Of a stretch of 64,000 nucleotides of DNA, positions 47,734-58,089 are shown piece after piece. The first letter of the stretch is position 1. Each line of letters opens with the position of its first letter. This DNA is from Erythrobacteraceae bacterium. Its GTDB lineage: Bacteria; Pseudomonadota; Alphaproteobacteria; Sphingomonadales; Sphingomonadaceae. The stretch spans positions 18,117 through 82,116 of the forward strand of contig JAHEAW010000001.1 of assembly GCA_024642545.1 (NCBI GenBank), in the 5' to 3' direction. The position numbers and the translations under genes are program-made. The notes beneath the pieces are model-generated. The model did no database searches. It saw only the letters and a program-made list of their open reading frames with translations, and had not been told where the DNA came from.

Positions 47734-49473
47734 ATGAGTGCCGGGGGCTTTCCGCGCATTCTACTGGTCGTGGGCGGCGGAATCGCGGCCTACAAGTCGT
47801 GCGAGCTTGTCCGGCTGATCCGTAAGTCTGGCGGCGATGTCACTTGTGTGGTGACCGAAGGGGGCCAGCAATTCGTGACTCCAATGGCGCTGGCCGCACT
47901 GAGCGAAAATCCGGTCTATACCACGCTGTGGGACCTCAAGAACGAAGCTGAAATGGGTCACATCCAGCTCAGCCGAGAAGCTGATCTGGTGGTGGTGTGC
48001 CCGGCAACGGCAGATTTGTTGGCCAAGATGTCCGCCGGAATTGCAGACGATCTGGCGACCACGATGATCCTTGCCACCGACAAGCCGGTGATGGCGGTCC
48101 CGGCGATGAATGTGCGCATGTGGCAGCATGAGGCAACCCAGCGCAACGTCACTTGGCTGCGGCAAGCAGGGGTGCAAGTGATCGACCCTGATATCGGACC
48201 GATGGCTTGCGGCGAATTCGGACCGGGCCGCTTGCCTGAACCGGACGCGGTGTGGGCGCATATCGCCGATGCGCTGGGGCTGGAGCATGATTATGTCGCG
48301 CCTGCTTATCCCGATGAAAGCCAGGATGAAGGTGAGGAAGATGATTATCACGAAGATGACGCGCTGGAGCCAGAACCTGAACTGGCCAAACGCGGCGGCG
48401 GGCTGGGCGGGCTGCTGTCATCGCTGATCCCGCGATCAACCCCCAAGCGCTCGCCCGAAGAGATCGCCGCAGATTGGCTGGAAGAACCGCTTGATGAGAG
48501 TGACGCTGCACCCGAAGCTATTCCTGACGTCGAAACGGAAGAGGCAGCGCCAGACGAAGCGGTTGATCCGGTTGTAGAGGACGTGAAGCCGGGCTTCTCT
48601 GCGTCCTTGCTGGCGACCAAGGGTAGCGCGGCATCTGCGCCGCCGACCGACCCCGAAGCGATGAATCATATGGTCAAGACCGGTGCAGGCAAGGCCGCTC
48701 CACAGCCGATTGATGGCGATTATCACAAGATCACAGTGGGTGAAGATACAGGCCCCGACTGGGCCGCAGATGTGCTCGACGGGCAACCTGACTTTGACAC
48801 TGATCCGGAGCATCGCCCGCTTTACGGCAAGCATGTACTGATCACTGCCGGCCCGACGCATGAACCGATTGATCCGGTGCGTTATCTCGCCAATCGTTCG
48901 TCCGGGCGGCAAGGCTTTGCCATTGCCGCGGCGGCGGCTGCAGCAGGCGCGCGGGTGACCTTGATTGCCGGGCCGGTAAATCTGACAACGCCGCCCGGCG
49001 TGGACCGGATCGACGTCGAATCGGCCCGTGAGATGGACGCCGAGGTCAAGAATGCGCTCCCGGTTGATGCAGCGATCATGGTTGCGGCTGTGGCCGATTG
49101 GCGCAGCAAGGATGTTGCGGCTGAAAAGATGAAGAAGCGCGGCTCTGCTCCACCCGCGCTGCTGCTGACGGAAAACCCGGATATTCTGGCCAGTGTGGCA
49201 TCAGGGACCAAGCGCCCGCCGCTGCTGATCGGCTTTGCAGCCGAAACCGAGAATGTGATCGACAATGCGACCACGAAACGCAAACGCAAGGGCGCGGATT
49301 GGATTGTGGCCAATGATGTGTCGGGCGATGTCATGGGCGGGGGTGACAACCGGGTCCATATTATCACGGGTGAAGGCGTCGAATCGCTCGATGAAATGCC
49401 GAAGCAGCAAGTGGCATGGGCACTGATCGAACGTGTTGCTGAAGCTCTGAATGAAGCAGAAGAAGATGAATGA
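47734..49473 (+). CDS. coaBC: bifunctional phosphopantothenoylcysteine decarboxylase / phosphopantothenate-cysteine ligase with a long internal insertion
   Basis: CoaC half ([12 protein letters not shown]) and CoaB half ([28 protein letters not shown]) separated by ~179 acidic low-complexity codons. 579 aa in total. Confidence 0.9.
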   Translation: MSAGGFPRILLVVGGGIAAYKSCELVRLIRKSGGDVTCVVTEGGQQFVTPMALAALSENPVYTTLWDLKNEAEMGHIQLSREADLVVVCPATADLLAKMSAGIADDLATTMILATDKPVMAVPAMNVRMWQHEATQRNVTWLRQAGVQVIDPDIGPMACGEFGPGRLPEPDAVWAHIADALGLEHDYVAPAYPDESQDEGEEDDYHEDDALEPEPELAKRGGGLGGLLSSLIPRSTPKRSPEEIAADWLEEPLDESDAAPEAIPDVETEEAAPDEAVDPVVEDVKPGFSASLLATKGSAASAPPTDPEAMNHMVKTGAGKAAPQPIDGDYHKITVGEDTGPDWAADVLDGQPDFDTDPEHRPLYGKHVLITAGPTHEPIDPVRYLANRSSGRQGFAIAAAAAAAGARVTLIAGPVNLTTPPGVDRIDVESAREMDAEVKNALPVDAAIMVAAVADWRSKDVAAEKMKKRGSAPPALLLTENPDILASVASGTKRPPLLIGFAAETENVIDNATTKRKRKGADWIVANDVSGDVMGGGDNRVHIITGEGVESLDEMPKQQVAWALIERVAEALNEAEEDE

Positions 49474-49912
49474 TCCTGTGACCGTGCAGGTCAAACGGCT
49501 CCCGCATGGCGAAGGGCTTGCTCTACCGCATTATACCACTGCCGGGGCAGCAGGGATGGATGTGGTGTCCGCCGAAGTGGTCAGTATCGCGCCCGGTGCC
49601 CGCCATGCCGTTGCCACCGGTCTGGCGCTGGCCATCCCGCCCGGATATGAAATCCAGGTCCGCCCGCGTTCCGGGTTGGCGCTCAAACACGGGATCACTG
49701 TCCCCAACACGCCGGGCACGATCGATTCGGACTATCGCGGTGAATTGAAGATCATCCTGATCAACCATGGCCATGAAGCCTTTGCGATCGATCGCGGTGA
49801 CCGGGTGGCGCAGCTGGTGCTGGCCCCGGTCATTCAGGCGCAGTGGAATGAGGTTCAGCAGCTGGGCGATACCGCCCGCGGCGCTGACGGGTTTGGTTCG
49901 ACCGGGGTTTAG
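49466..49912 (+). CDS. dut: dUTP diphosphatase
   Basis: AAGMDV, RSGLA and [10 protein letters not shown] motifs. The ATG overlaps the coaBC 3' end by 8 nt. Confidence 0.93.
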   Translation: MNDPVTVQVKRLPHGEGLALPHYTTAGAAGMDVVSAEVVSIAPGARHAVATGLALAIPPGYEIQVRPRSGLALKHGITVPNTPGTIDSDYRGELKIILINHGHEAFAIDRGDRVAQLVLAPVIQAQWNEVQQLGDTARGADGFGSTGV

Positions 49913-49924
49913 CGGCGCCCAAAC

Positions 49925-49958
49925 CCAAAGGGCGGGCCTGCTGCCAGACCCGCCCTTT
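49925..49958. terminator. 11-bp-stem hairpin between convergent dut and the lipoprotein gene
   Basis: CAAAGGGCGGG - 12-nt loop - CCCGCCCTTTG, a perfect stem. Flanking T/A runs are weak on both strands. Confidence 0.45.
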
Positions 49959-49982
49959 GCAAAAACCAATGGTGAAACAGGG

Positions 49983-50672
49983 TCAGTCGACCTTGCGCAC
50001 GGTCTTCTTTTCAGGAGCAATCGAGATGCGCACGGTTTCGCCCGAATTACCGGGAAAATCGGTAAACATCGCTTCGACCAGATTAGGCACCAGATATTGC
50101 AACCGGTTGCTGGTCGACATGGCTTTCGCCCGCCCTTCAAACAGCCGTTCGCCATTCCTGTTGTCGATCTTCAGTTGGATGCCGCTGGTATATACGGTGT
50201 AGCTGTCGATGCCCGGCCCATCGAAGAACGGGTCGTAAAAGCCAAAACCCCACGGGCCGCGATTATAGAACGCAGTCCGGCGATATCCGAACGGCCGATA
50301 GCCATACCAGGGGCTGTAGAACGGATCAGCAAAGGCAGGGCCAGTGGTCTGAACGCGTTCATGCCCATTATCGACGCTGTAATCAAAGTGGACCAGCAAA
50401 CTGGCATCTTCGGGTGAGGAAGCCGCCGTATAGCCAAGCCGTTCCATCTGTTTGTCAACCAATGCGGCATATTGCGCAAATTCGATCCCGCCCGCCAGGG
50501 CCGGATCGTCTGGCACGACAGCAAAGGTCTGACCCTGCGGCGCGGGTAACTGGCTCTGAAACCGCGAAACCTGCGCGTTGAATGGCGTCGCGCAAGCGGC
50601 AAGCGCAGCCATCATGATGGCAGCAACTGCCACTCGGGCGGCCCGGCCGATGACGGTCATGGTGGAATTCAT
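49983..50672 (-). CDS. DUF4136-like lipoprotein (paralog of 19947-20558)
   Basis: Lipobox LAAC. Start at MNSTMTV, 7 nt after GAGAGG. The C-terminal AMFTDFPGNSGETVRISI parallels the first copy. Confidence 0.5.
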   Translation of the reverse strand: MNSTMTVIGRAARVAVAAIMMAALAACATPFNAQVSRFQSQLPAPQGQTFAVVPDDPALAGGIEFAQYAALVDKQMERLGYTAASSPEDASLLVHFDYSVDNGHERVQTTGPAFADPFYSPWYGYRPFGYRRTAFYNRGPWGFGFYDPFFDGPGIDSYTVYTSGIQLKIDNRNGERLFEGRAKAMSTSNRLQYLVPNLVEAMFTDFPGNSGETVRISIAPEKKTVRKVD

Positions 50673-50817
50673 AGGAAAACCTCTCGAAGCATTCGGCAGC
50701 TGCGCGGCCTGTTCACTATTTGCCACAGGCTGTCACCGATGAAACGTTTTGTAAAGCAGACAGGCTGAACCAATTTTGAATGGAATTCAGTCCAAATCTT
50801 TCAAACAAAAGGCAGTT

Positions 50818-51837
50818 TCAACCTCTGACCAGGCCCAGCGCGTTATACGCCGCAGCCAGCGTGCCGCCGCCCATTTCGCGGGCCCGCGCTGCACCGCGCG
50901 CCAGAATGGCATCCAGCGATTCGCGGTCCTGTTTCAGTGCGTTGAAGCGTTCCGAAATCGGGCTGAGTACTTCAACCAGTGCTTCGCCCAAGGCTGGCTT
51001 GAACCGGCCAAAGCCCTCGCCGCCATAGTGGCGCAGCACAGCATCAACGCTTTCGCCGGTCACCGCAGCGTAGATTGATACCAGATTGAGCGCTTCGGGC
51101 CGACCGCCCAAACCGGCCTTTTCAAACGGCAATGGCTCGGCATCGGTCTTGGCCTTTTTGACCTTCTTCATGATCGTATCGGCATCGTCGGACAAATTGA
51201 TCCGGCTCATATCGCTGGGATCGGATTTGCTCATCTTGGCCAGACCGTCGCGCAGGCTCATGATCCGGGCAGCTTCGGGCGGAATATAGGGTTCAGGCAA
51301 AGTGAACACAGGCTCGGCATCGCTGCAAAAGTCATTGTTGAACTTCTGCGCAATGTCGCGCGCCAACTCCAGATGCTGCTTCTGGTCATCGCCTACCGGG
51401 ACATGGGTTGCCTGATACAACAGCACGTCGGCTGCCTGCAGCACCGGATAGGTGAACAGGGCAATGCTTGCGCCTTCGCGGTTCTTGCCGGACTTGTCCT
51501 TGAACTGGGTCATCCGGTTCAGCCAGCCCATCCGCGCTGTGCCATTGAGCAGCCATTGCAGCTCTGCATGCGCGGGCACCTGCGCCTGATTGAACAATAC
51601 AGTCTTGTTTGTGTCGAGCCCGCAAGCGACCAGTGTGGCGACCAGTTCGAGTGTCGATGACCGAAGCTCCGCCGGATCGTGCGGCATCGATATGGCATGC
51701 AGATCAGCGATGAAGATGAGGCATTCTCCGCCTGCTGCAATCGCATCGTCCTGCAACTTTACATAATTGCGGATGGCGCCAAGGTAATTGCCAAGGTGGG
51801 GTTTACCGGTGGGCTGAATGCCCGAAACGACGCGCAT
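50818..51837 (-). CDS. trpS: tryptophan--tRNA ligase
   Basis: SGIQPTGKPHLGNYLG (HIGH region) and KMSKS. Start trimmed to MRVVSG. Confidence 0.95.
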   Translation of the reverse strand: MRVVSGIQPTGKPHLGNYLGAIRNYVKLQDDAIAAGGECLIFIADLHAISMPHDPAELRSSTLELVATLVACGLDTNKTVLFNQAQVPAHAELQWLLNGTARMGWLNRMTQFKDKSGKNREGASIALFTYPVLQAADVLLYQATHVPVGDDQKQHLELARDIAQKFNNDFCSDAEPVFTLPEPYIPPEAARIMSLRDGLAKMSKSDPSDMSRINLSDDADTIMKKVKKAKTDAEPLPFEKAGLGGRPEALNLVSIYAAVTGESVDAVLRHYGGEGFGRFKPALGEALVEVLSPISERFNALKQDRESLDAILARGAARAREMGGGTLAAAYNALGLVRG

Positions 51838-51859
51838 GATGGTTTCCGTCAAACTGGGG

Positions 51860-53449
51860 TTAGGCAGGATCAACCGGCGCTGCCGGCTTCTTGCGCCGTA
51901 GCTGGCCAAGAAGGTCCTTGTCGAGTGCACCGGTCAGATAAGCAGCGGCAAAAAAGGTAACCGCCCCTGCCAGCACCAGCACGCCTAACGACCAGACCTT
52001 GCCGATGACTGCGCCTGTATAATGACCCGCCAGCAGCGGCATCAGCATGTAAAGCACTGCTGCCATCACCAGCGTGGAGATGATCTGGCGCGCGATCTTG
52101 CCGATCAGCTTGCCGTTGAAGTGGAACCAGCCGCGCAGCTGCAGGATGGTGTAAAGCGTTGCCACATTAAGCGTCGCGGTAAAGGCTGTGGCACTGGCCA
52201 GGCCAACGATGCCGTAACGCGGCACGACATAGATGTTGATCGCGATATTGATGGTCAGCGCGCCCGCAGCGACCCACACAGGGGTGCGCGTATCTTCCCG
52301 GCTGAAAAAAGCCGGCTGGAACACTTTGACCAGTACATAGGCTGGCAGGCCCGCGACCAGCGCAACCACGATATTGGCCATCAGTGCGCCGTCAGCAGCA
52401 GTCATCTTGCCGCCCACGAAGAAGGCGGTGACAAAGGCGGGGGCGCACACTGCCAGCGCTGCGGCGGCGGGTAATGTCAACAGCGTGCCGATCTCCACCG
52501 CGTTGGATTGCAGGCGCTGCGCTTCGAATGTGTTGTCGGTCTGGATATGACGCGCCAGCATCGGCAGAATTGCTGTGCCCAGCGCAATGCCGACGATGCC
52601 CAGCGGCATCTGGTTGAGCCGGTCGGCCAGTTTGAGCAGGGTCAGCGAGCCTTGTGGCAACGAAGTGGCAAAGAATGTGTCGACGAACTGGCTGATCTGA
52701 TACACGCCAGCACCAAATGTTGCCGGCAGGATCAACAGCCCCAATCGCCGGACCTGCGGCGTGATTTTGGGCAGCGATAGTTTCAGCTTTACCCCGGCCT
52801 TGCGCGTTGCCCATGCCATATAGAACAGCTGCGCTGCCCCGGCGAGCGCGAGCGACACCGCCAGCGCATAAGCAACCACCACATCATCTGCGCTGCTGCC
52901 GCGCAGATACCAGCCAGCCGTGATCCCCGCAATCATCACCAGATTGAGCAGTACCGGCACAAAGGCCCCAGGCGCGAAGCGTGAATGTGCGTTGAGCAGG
53001 CCCGACAGCATCGCCACCACACTGACCAGCCCCAGATACGGGAAAGTAATCCGCGACAGGCTGACGGCGAGCTCAAACTTGCCCGGCACATCCTGATAAT
53101 CGCGCGCGAGCAGCCAAACGATCCCCGGCATCGCGACCATCGCCACTGCCGAAAATCCGAGCAGCACCCACACGAAAACCGCGAGGACATCGTCAGCAAA
53201 TTTCTGCGCATTCTCCCCGCTGTCATCCGCGCTCAGCGCGCGGGTATACATGGGCACAAAGGCAACCGAGAACGCCCCTTCGGCAAACAGGCGGCGGAAC
53301 GTGTTGGGCAAGGTGAAAGCGAGCTGCCAAGCGTCGGACGCAAGACCGGCCCCCAGTACCCGCGCCAACAGCATGTCCCGGACAAAGCCGAACACGCGGC
53401 TGAGCGCGGTTAACCCGCCAATTGTCCCAACGTTTTTGACGAGGCTCAT
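51860..53449 (-). CDS. murJ: lipid II flippase MurJ
   Basis: 529 aa and polytopic. N-terminal SRVFGFVRDMLLARVLGAG is characteristic of MurJ/MviN. Confidence 0.93.
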   Translation of the reverse strand: MSLVKNVGTIGGLTALSRVFGFVRDMLLARVLGAGLASDAWQLAFTLPNTFRRLFAEGAFSVAFVPMYTRALSADDSGENAQKFADDVLAVFVWVLLGFSAVAMVAMPGIVWLLARDYQDVPGKFELAVSLSRITFPYLGLVSVVAMLSGLLNAHSRFAPGAFVPVLLNLVMIAGITAGWYLRGSSADDVVVAYALAVSLALAGAAQLFYMAWATRKAGVKLKLSLPKITPQVRRLGLLILPATFGAGVYQISQFVDTFFATSLPQGSLTLLKLADRLNQMPLGIVGIALGTAILPMLARHIQTDNTFEAQRLQSNAVEIGTLLTLPAAAALAVCAPAFVTAFFVGGKMTAADGALMANIVVALVAGLPAYVLVKVFQPAFFSREDTRTPVWVAAGALTINIAINIYVVPRYGIVGLASATAFTATLNVATLYTILQLRGWFHFNGKLIGKIARQIISTLVMAAVLYMLMPLLAGHYTGAVIGKVWSLGVLVLAGAVTFFAAAYLTGALDKDLLGQLRRKKPAAPVDPA

Positions 53450-53477
53450 GGCTGGCGCCTCACCTTGCCGTCAGGGC

Positions 53478-54002
53478 TCAAGCGTTACCGGCTGGCGCTT
53501 CGCCGGCCGCGGCATCTTCCTGCGCCTTGCGTTCCAGCTGCTGGACATACAGGCCGTTGAAGTCGATCGGATCGAGCATCAGCGGCTGGAACCCGGCATC
53601 GCGCGTTGCGTCGGCGATTACACGGCGGGCGAAGGGAAACAGGATCCGCGGCGCTTCAGCGTAAAGGAATGCGTGGGCTTGCGGATCAGGCATATTGCGC
53701 ATGCCGACCAGACCGCAATAGCTCAGCTCGATCAGATAGGCGTTGCCCTTTTCCGACTTGGCGGTGACATTCACTTTCAATTCGACTTCATGCACCTCGT
53801 CATTCAAAGGCACAGCGCCAATGTTGAACTGCAGATCAATCTGCGGCTGATCGTTCCACTGGTAGCATTCAGGCGCGTTGGGATTTTCAACTGACAGATC
53901 CTTCACATATTGTGAGATCACACCGGCCACAGGGGAAGTGTCTTCGCCATTGGGTGCAGGGTTCATGTTGAGATCGGTGAGAATATCGGCTTCATCGGCC
54001 AT
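53478..54002 (-). CDS. secB: protein-export chaperone SecB
   Basis: QYVKDLSVENPNAP and LFPFARRVIADATRDAGFQPLMLDPIDF motifs. Start trimmed to MADEAD. Confidence 0.9.
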   Translation of the reverse strand: MADEADILTDLNMNPAPNGEDTSPVAGVISQYVKDLSVENPNAPECYQWNDQPQIDLQFNIGAVPLNDEVHEVELKVNVTAKSEKGNAYLIELSYCGLVGMRNMPDPQAHAFLYAEAPRILFPFARRVIADATRDAGFQPLMLDPIDFNGLYVQQLERKAQEDAAAGEAPAGNA

Positions 54003-54260
54003 GGCTCTTGGTGCTTTCTGTATCGAGTTTGTAATGGCTGGAACGTCCCGGCGCACCGGTTCATCCTTCGGCGGCGCGCGTAGCACCCCAGTGCCCGCCC
54101 CGCAACTTCGCAAGTCTGCTTTGCCGGGTCAATTTGGTCGCTGCGGTGAACCCGGAGCATCCTCAGGCGTTGTTCATTTGTAATAGCGTCCTATTTAAGG
54201 CAATATCGCTTCTCATGATTCAGATGTGTGCTGCATCTGCCAGACTACAGGTAAACTAAC

Positions 54261-54920
54261 GTGGTAATTCAAATCGTCATCCTCGCCATGATCGCCGCTT
54301 TTCTCGGCATGCGGCTCTATTCGGTGCTCGGTCGCCGGGCAGAGCATGAGGAAGAGGTGATTCCAACCCGGTTTGACAGCGGTGACACAGTCAACCAGCC
54401 CGCACAAAATCCGGCGCTGGCACCGCAAGCGGCAGCGGCTCGTCCGCGCGAACTGGCAGGTGTCTTGCCTGCGGTAGAACAAGGCGTGCGGGCGATTGCG
54501 GCGGCAGACCGGCGGTTTGACATCACCGCCTTTCTTGAAGGGGCCAAAGGTGCATACGGCATGATCCTCGAAGCCTTCTGGAAGGGCGACAAGGAAACAC
54601 TGCGTCAATTGTGCGATGATGCGGTGTATGCCAGCTTCGCCGGCGCGATTGACGCGCGGGAAAAGGCAGGGGAGACCATCGATAACCGGTTGATCCGGAT
54701 TGAAGATGTGCTGATCCAGAACGCCCGGCTCGACGGGCAGATGGCACGTATCGCTGTGTCCTTCACTGCCGATATTGCCGCGATAACGCGCGATAAGGAC
54801 GGCACCATGATCGCCGGTTCGCTCGACGATGCGATCGAGAGCCGCGATGTGTGGACCTTTGCCCGCAATGTCACGGCTGCTTCGCCCGACTGGGTGCTTG
54901 ACGAGACCGACGAGGGCTAG
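54261..54920 (+). CDS. Tim44-like domain protein
   Basis: N-terminal TM helix, then a C-terminal Tim44-like domain (FLEGAKGAYGMILEAFWKGD...WTFARN). Conserved alphaproteobacterial position next to secB and mltA. GTG start. Confidence 0.8.
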   Translation: MVIQIVILAMIAAFLGMRLYSVLGRRAEHEEEVIPTRFDSGDTVNQPAQNPALAPQAAAARPRELAGVLPAVEQGVRAIAAADRRFDITAFLEGAKGAYGMILEAFWKGDKETLRQLCDDAVYASFAGAIDAREKAGETIDNRLIRIEDVLIQNARLDGQMARIAVSFTADIAAITRDKDGTMIAGSLDDAIESRDVWTFARNVTAASPDWVLDETDEG

Positions 54921-54986
54921 AACCTTCAGGCGCAGCTTTAGGCAGGGCGCAGCTTTAGGCAGGGCGCTGGGAGCAGGGGGCCAGGC

Positions 54987-56156
54987 ATGCAGCGACTTCC
55001 AATTCTTCTAGCTCTCCTGCTGGTGGCAGGATGTGGAAGGCTGATCCCGGAGGCTGCTCCGCCGATGCAGCCGCGGCCAGCCAACGCTGCCTCAGCGGGG
55101 GTTATGCGAGGGCCGGTGGTCGCTGGCCTGGGTATGTCCGGGCCAGATGCCCGTGCGGCGCTGCAATCGTTCCGCGAAAGTTGCCCCAGCCTGCTTGCCC
55201 GCCCCGATACCAGCGGCCTGACCACGACGGATGAATGGCAGCCCGCCTGCAGTGATGCCGCGATCTGGCCCGATAGCAATGCTGCAGCCTTCTTTGCGCT
55301 CCATTTTGAAACTGTGCGAGTGGGCCAGGGCGCGGCCTATGCCACAGGCTATTTCGAACCGGAAATACACGGAAGCCGCGCGCATTTACCTGGCTATGAC
55401 ACGCCCGTTTATGCAGTGCCGCCCGAACTGATCCGTGCTTGGCCCGATGCAACGCCCGCGGCAGAGCGCAGCGGACGCCCGCCGCTTGGCCGCTATGACG
55501 CCAACGGGGCGTTTGTGCCCTATTATGACCGGGCCGAGATTGAAGCGGGCGCGATTGCCAATCGCGGGCTGGAACTGGCATGGACTGCTGATCCGGTGGA
55601 ATTCTTCTTCCTGCAGATACAGGGTTCAGGCCGGCTGATCGCGCCTGATGGCACGATCACGCGGATCGGCTACGCCGGGCAGAACGGGCGCGAATATATC
55701 GGCATTGGTGCGATTATGCGCCAACGCGGGCTGCTGGGCGATGGCCCCGGCCAATATGCAGGCAGCATGCAGGGCATCATGCAATATCTTCGCGAACATC
55801 CTGATGACGGCAAGGCGCTGATGGACCTCAACAAGAGCTACATCTTTTTCCGCATTCTGGACGGCGATGGTCCGCTTGGCGCGCTCAATGTGCCCGTCCG
55901 GCGCGAATCCTCGGTCGCGGCCGATCCCAAATTCGTCCCGCTGGGCGCGCCTGTATGGCTCAAGCTTGACCGTCAGGAAGCTGACGGGCTGTGGATTGCG
56001 CAGGATACTGGCGGGGCGATCAAGGGCGCCAACCGCTTCGACACCTTCTGGGGTGCGGGCGAGGATGCGCGGCGCATTGCAGGCGGCATGAGCGCGCGCG
56101 GACAAGCGTTGATCCTGCTGCCGAAGGGAGCTGTCAAACGGCTCACCGGGCGATGA
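54987..56156 (+). CDS. mltA: murein transglycosylase A
   Basis: Lipobox LVAGC, MltA domain, and a 3D-domain C-terminus (AQDTGGAIKGANRFDTFWG). Confidence 0.88.
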   Translation: MQRLPILLALLLVAGCGRLIPEAAPPMQPRPANAASAGVMRGPVVAGLGMSGPDARAALQSFRESCPSLLARPDTSGLTTTDEWQPACSDAAIWPDSNAAAFFALHFETVRVGQGAAYATGYFEPEIHGSRAHLPGYDTPVYAVPPELIRAWPDATPAAERSGRPPLGRYDANGAFVPYYDRAEIEAGAIANRGLELAWTADPVEFFFLQIQGSGRLIAPDGTITRIGYAGQNGREYIGIGAIMRQRGLLGDGPGQYAGSMQGIMQYLREHPDDGKALMDLNKSYIFFRILDGDGPLGALNVPVRRESSVAADPKFVPLGAPVWLKLDRQEADGLWIAQDTGGAIKGANRFDTFWGAGEDARRIAGGMSARGQALILLPKGAVKRLTGR

Positions 56157-56719
56157 GAGTTCCGCGCGGCCTGAGCGCCGAGGAGGTCGATATCTGGGCC
56201 AAGGTTGCGGCCACAGTCAAGCCGCTTCCGGGCCGGGTGGCGCCGCCCAAAGCCCGGCCCGAGCAGGTACTTGAACCACAGAACACCCCGTCCAAATTCG
56301 TCAAGCCGCCAGCGCCGCGTTCTGCCGCTCCGCTTCGCGCCGCCCAGCCAGCACCAAAGCAGCGCCCGATCGGGCAGGGCGGGCTCGATTCGCATTGGGA
56401 CAAACGGCTCAAGGCGGGCACGGTGGCTCCTGATTTCACGCTCGACCTGCACGGTCATTCGCTCGATACCGCGCATGGCCGATTGGAAAGCGGTTTGGCG
56501 CAGGCGCGCGCGATGGATGCGCGGTTGGTTTTGGTGGTGACTGGCAAGCCGCGCCCGGTGGAGGCGGCGGACCGGGCCGAACGGCGCGGCGCAATCCGTG
56601 CGAAAATCCTCGATTGGCTCGCTGCCGGTCCGCATGCTGACAGTATTGCAGCCATCCGCCGCTCCCACCAGCGGCACGGCGGTGACGGCGCGCTCTATCT
56701 TGTCCTGCGGCGCGGTTAA
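56153..56719 (+). CDS. Smr/MutS2-like small domain protein
   Basis: The C-terminal LDLHGHSLDTAH...VVTGKP...GGDGALYLVL pattern is the Smr domain. ATGA overlap with the mltA stop. Confidence 0.75.
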   Translation: MRVPRGLSAEEVDIWAKVAATVKPLPGRVAPPKARPEQVLEPQNTPSKFVKPPAPRSAAPLRAAQPAPKQRPIGQGGLDSHWDKRLKAGTVAPDFTLDLHGHSLDTAHGRLESGLAQARAMDARLVLVVTGKPRPVEAADRAERRGAIRAKILDWLAAGPHADSIAAIRRSHQRHGGDGALYLVLRRG

Positions 56720-56752
56720 ATCAGGCTGCCGGCCCTATCCGCCCTATCTTCC

Positions 56753-57835
56753 CTATCCACATTGCGCCCGGTGCAGCATTTTGTGATCTGCCAGAACAAG
56801 CGCCATCATCGCAGCGACCACCGGGGTGCCGCGAATGCCGACGCATGGATCGTGCCGCCCCTTGGTCATGATCTGGGTGTTCTGCCCGTCGCGGCCAATT
56901 GTATCGACCGGGGTCAGGATTGAACTGGTTGGCTTGAATGCCACCCGGCATACCACCGGTTGACCGGTTGAAATGCCGCCCGCGATTCCACCTGCATGAT
57001 TTGCTGTAAAATTCGGTCCATCAGCGCCGCTGCGCATGGCATCGGCGTTCTGTTCACCCGACAGCTTGGCCGCGCCAAAACCGTCACCAATTTCCACGCC
57101 CTTGACCGCATTGATCCCCATCATGCCCGCCGCCAGATCAGCATCGAGCTTGGCATAGATCGGTGCGCCCCAGCCTGCAGGCACGCCGGTTGCAACGCAT
57201 TCCACCACAGCGCCCAGCGATGATCCGGCCTGCCGCGCATCATCGACCAGCTTGGCCCACCGCTCTGCGGCGGCAGCATCGGGGCAGAAGAACGGGTTGT
57301 TGCCAATCTCGGCAAAATCCATCGCAGCAGGGTCAATCATATCCTCGCCAATCTGACTGACATAGGCGGTGATGATCACGTCAGGGATGATCAGCCGCGC
57401 CACCGCGCCTGCGGCAACCCGCGCGGCTGTTTCGCGCGCGCTGCTGCGCCCGCCCCCGCGATAGTCGCGAAAGCCGTATTTCGCGTCATAGGCATAATCC
57501 GCGTGGCCCGGGCGATAGGCTTTGGCGACCTCTGCATAATCCTTGCTGCGCTGGTCGACATTTTCGATCATCAGGCTGATCGGAGTGCCAGTGGTGCGTT
57601 GCTGGCCATCTGGCCCTTCGAACACCCCGGACAGGATGCGGACCGCATCGGGTTCCTTGCGCTGAGTAGTGAATTTGCTTTGCCCGGGCCGCCGCGCATC
57701 GAGGAACGGCTGGATGTCGTTTTCATGCAGCGAGAGACCTGGCGGGCAGCCATCCACCACCGCGCCCAAAGCCGGCCCATGGCTTTCGCCCCAGGTGGTA
57801 AAGCGCAGCACGCGGCCAAAAGTGTTGTAGCTCAT
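56753..57835 (-). CDS. aroC: chorismate synthase
   Basis: [20 protein letters not shown]-terminus and [11 protein letters not shown] near the C-terminus. Start trimmed to MSYNTF. Confidence 0.95.
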   Translation of the reverse strand: MSYNTFGRVLRFTTWGESHGPALGAVVDGCPPGLSLHENDIQPFLDARRPGQSKFTTQRKEPDAVRILSGVFEGPDGQQRTTGTPISLMIENVDQRSKDYAEVAKAYRPGHADYAYDAKYGFRDYRGGGRSSARETAARVAAGAVARLIIPDVIITAYVSQIGEDMIDPAAMDFAEIGNNPFFCPDAAAAERWAKLVDDARQAGSSLGAVVECVATGVPAGWGAPIYAKLDADLAAGMMGINAVKGVEIGDGFGAAKLSGEQNADAMRSGADGPNFTANHAGGIAGGISTGQPVVCRVAFKPTSSILTPVDTIGRDGQNTQIMTKGRHDPCVGIRGTPVVAAMMALVLADHKMLHRAQCG

Positions 57836-57995
57836 GGCAAGGTCCCTAACGCCTCGCCGCGCCAAGTCGAGAGCGTTTCCTACTTTTGCGCGTCGTGGCA
57901 TAGTGTGCTGATGGTGACTTTGCCTTCCTTTTGGCGCTTTACCGGCAAGCGGGTCACAGGGATTGCCCCGGGGGGAACATTTCTGTTTCAGGACC

Positions 57996-58013
57996 GTGTT
58001 CCATGTGTTCCAT
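57996..58013. repeat. perfect tandem direct repeat GTGTTCCAT x2
   Basis: Read directly in the divergent aroC/ruvA intergenic region, 77 nt upstream of the ruvA ATG. Confidence 0.9.
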
Positions 58014-58089
58014 ATTGTCGGATTCGCCGAGGGGGACAAGGCGCGGCCCGCCTCTGGCCAAACCGGTTCGCATCCGGCAGGAACAGGCG

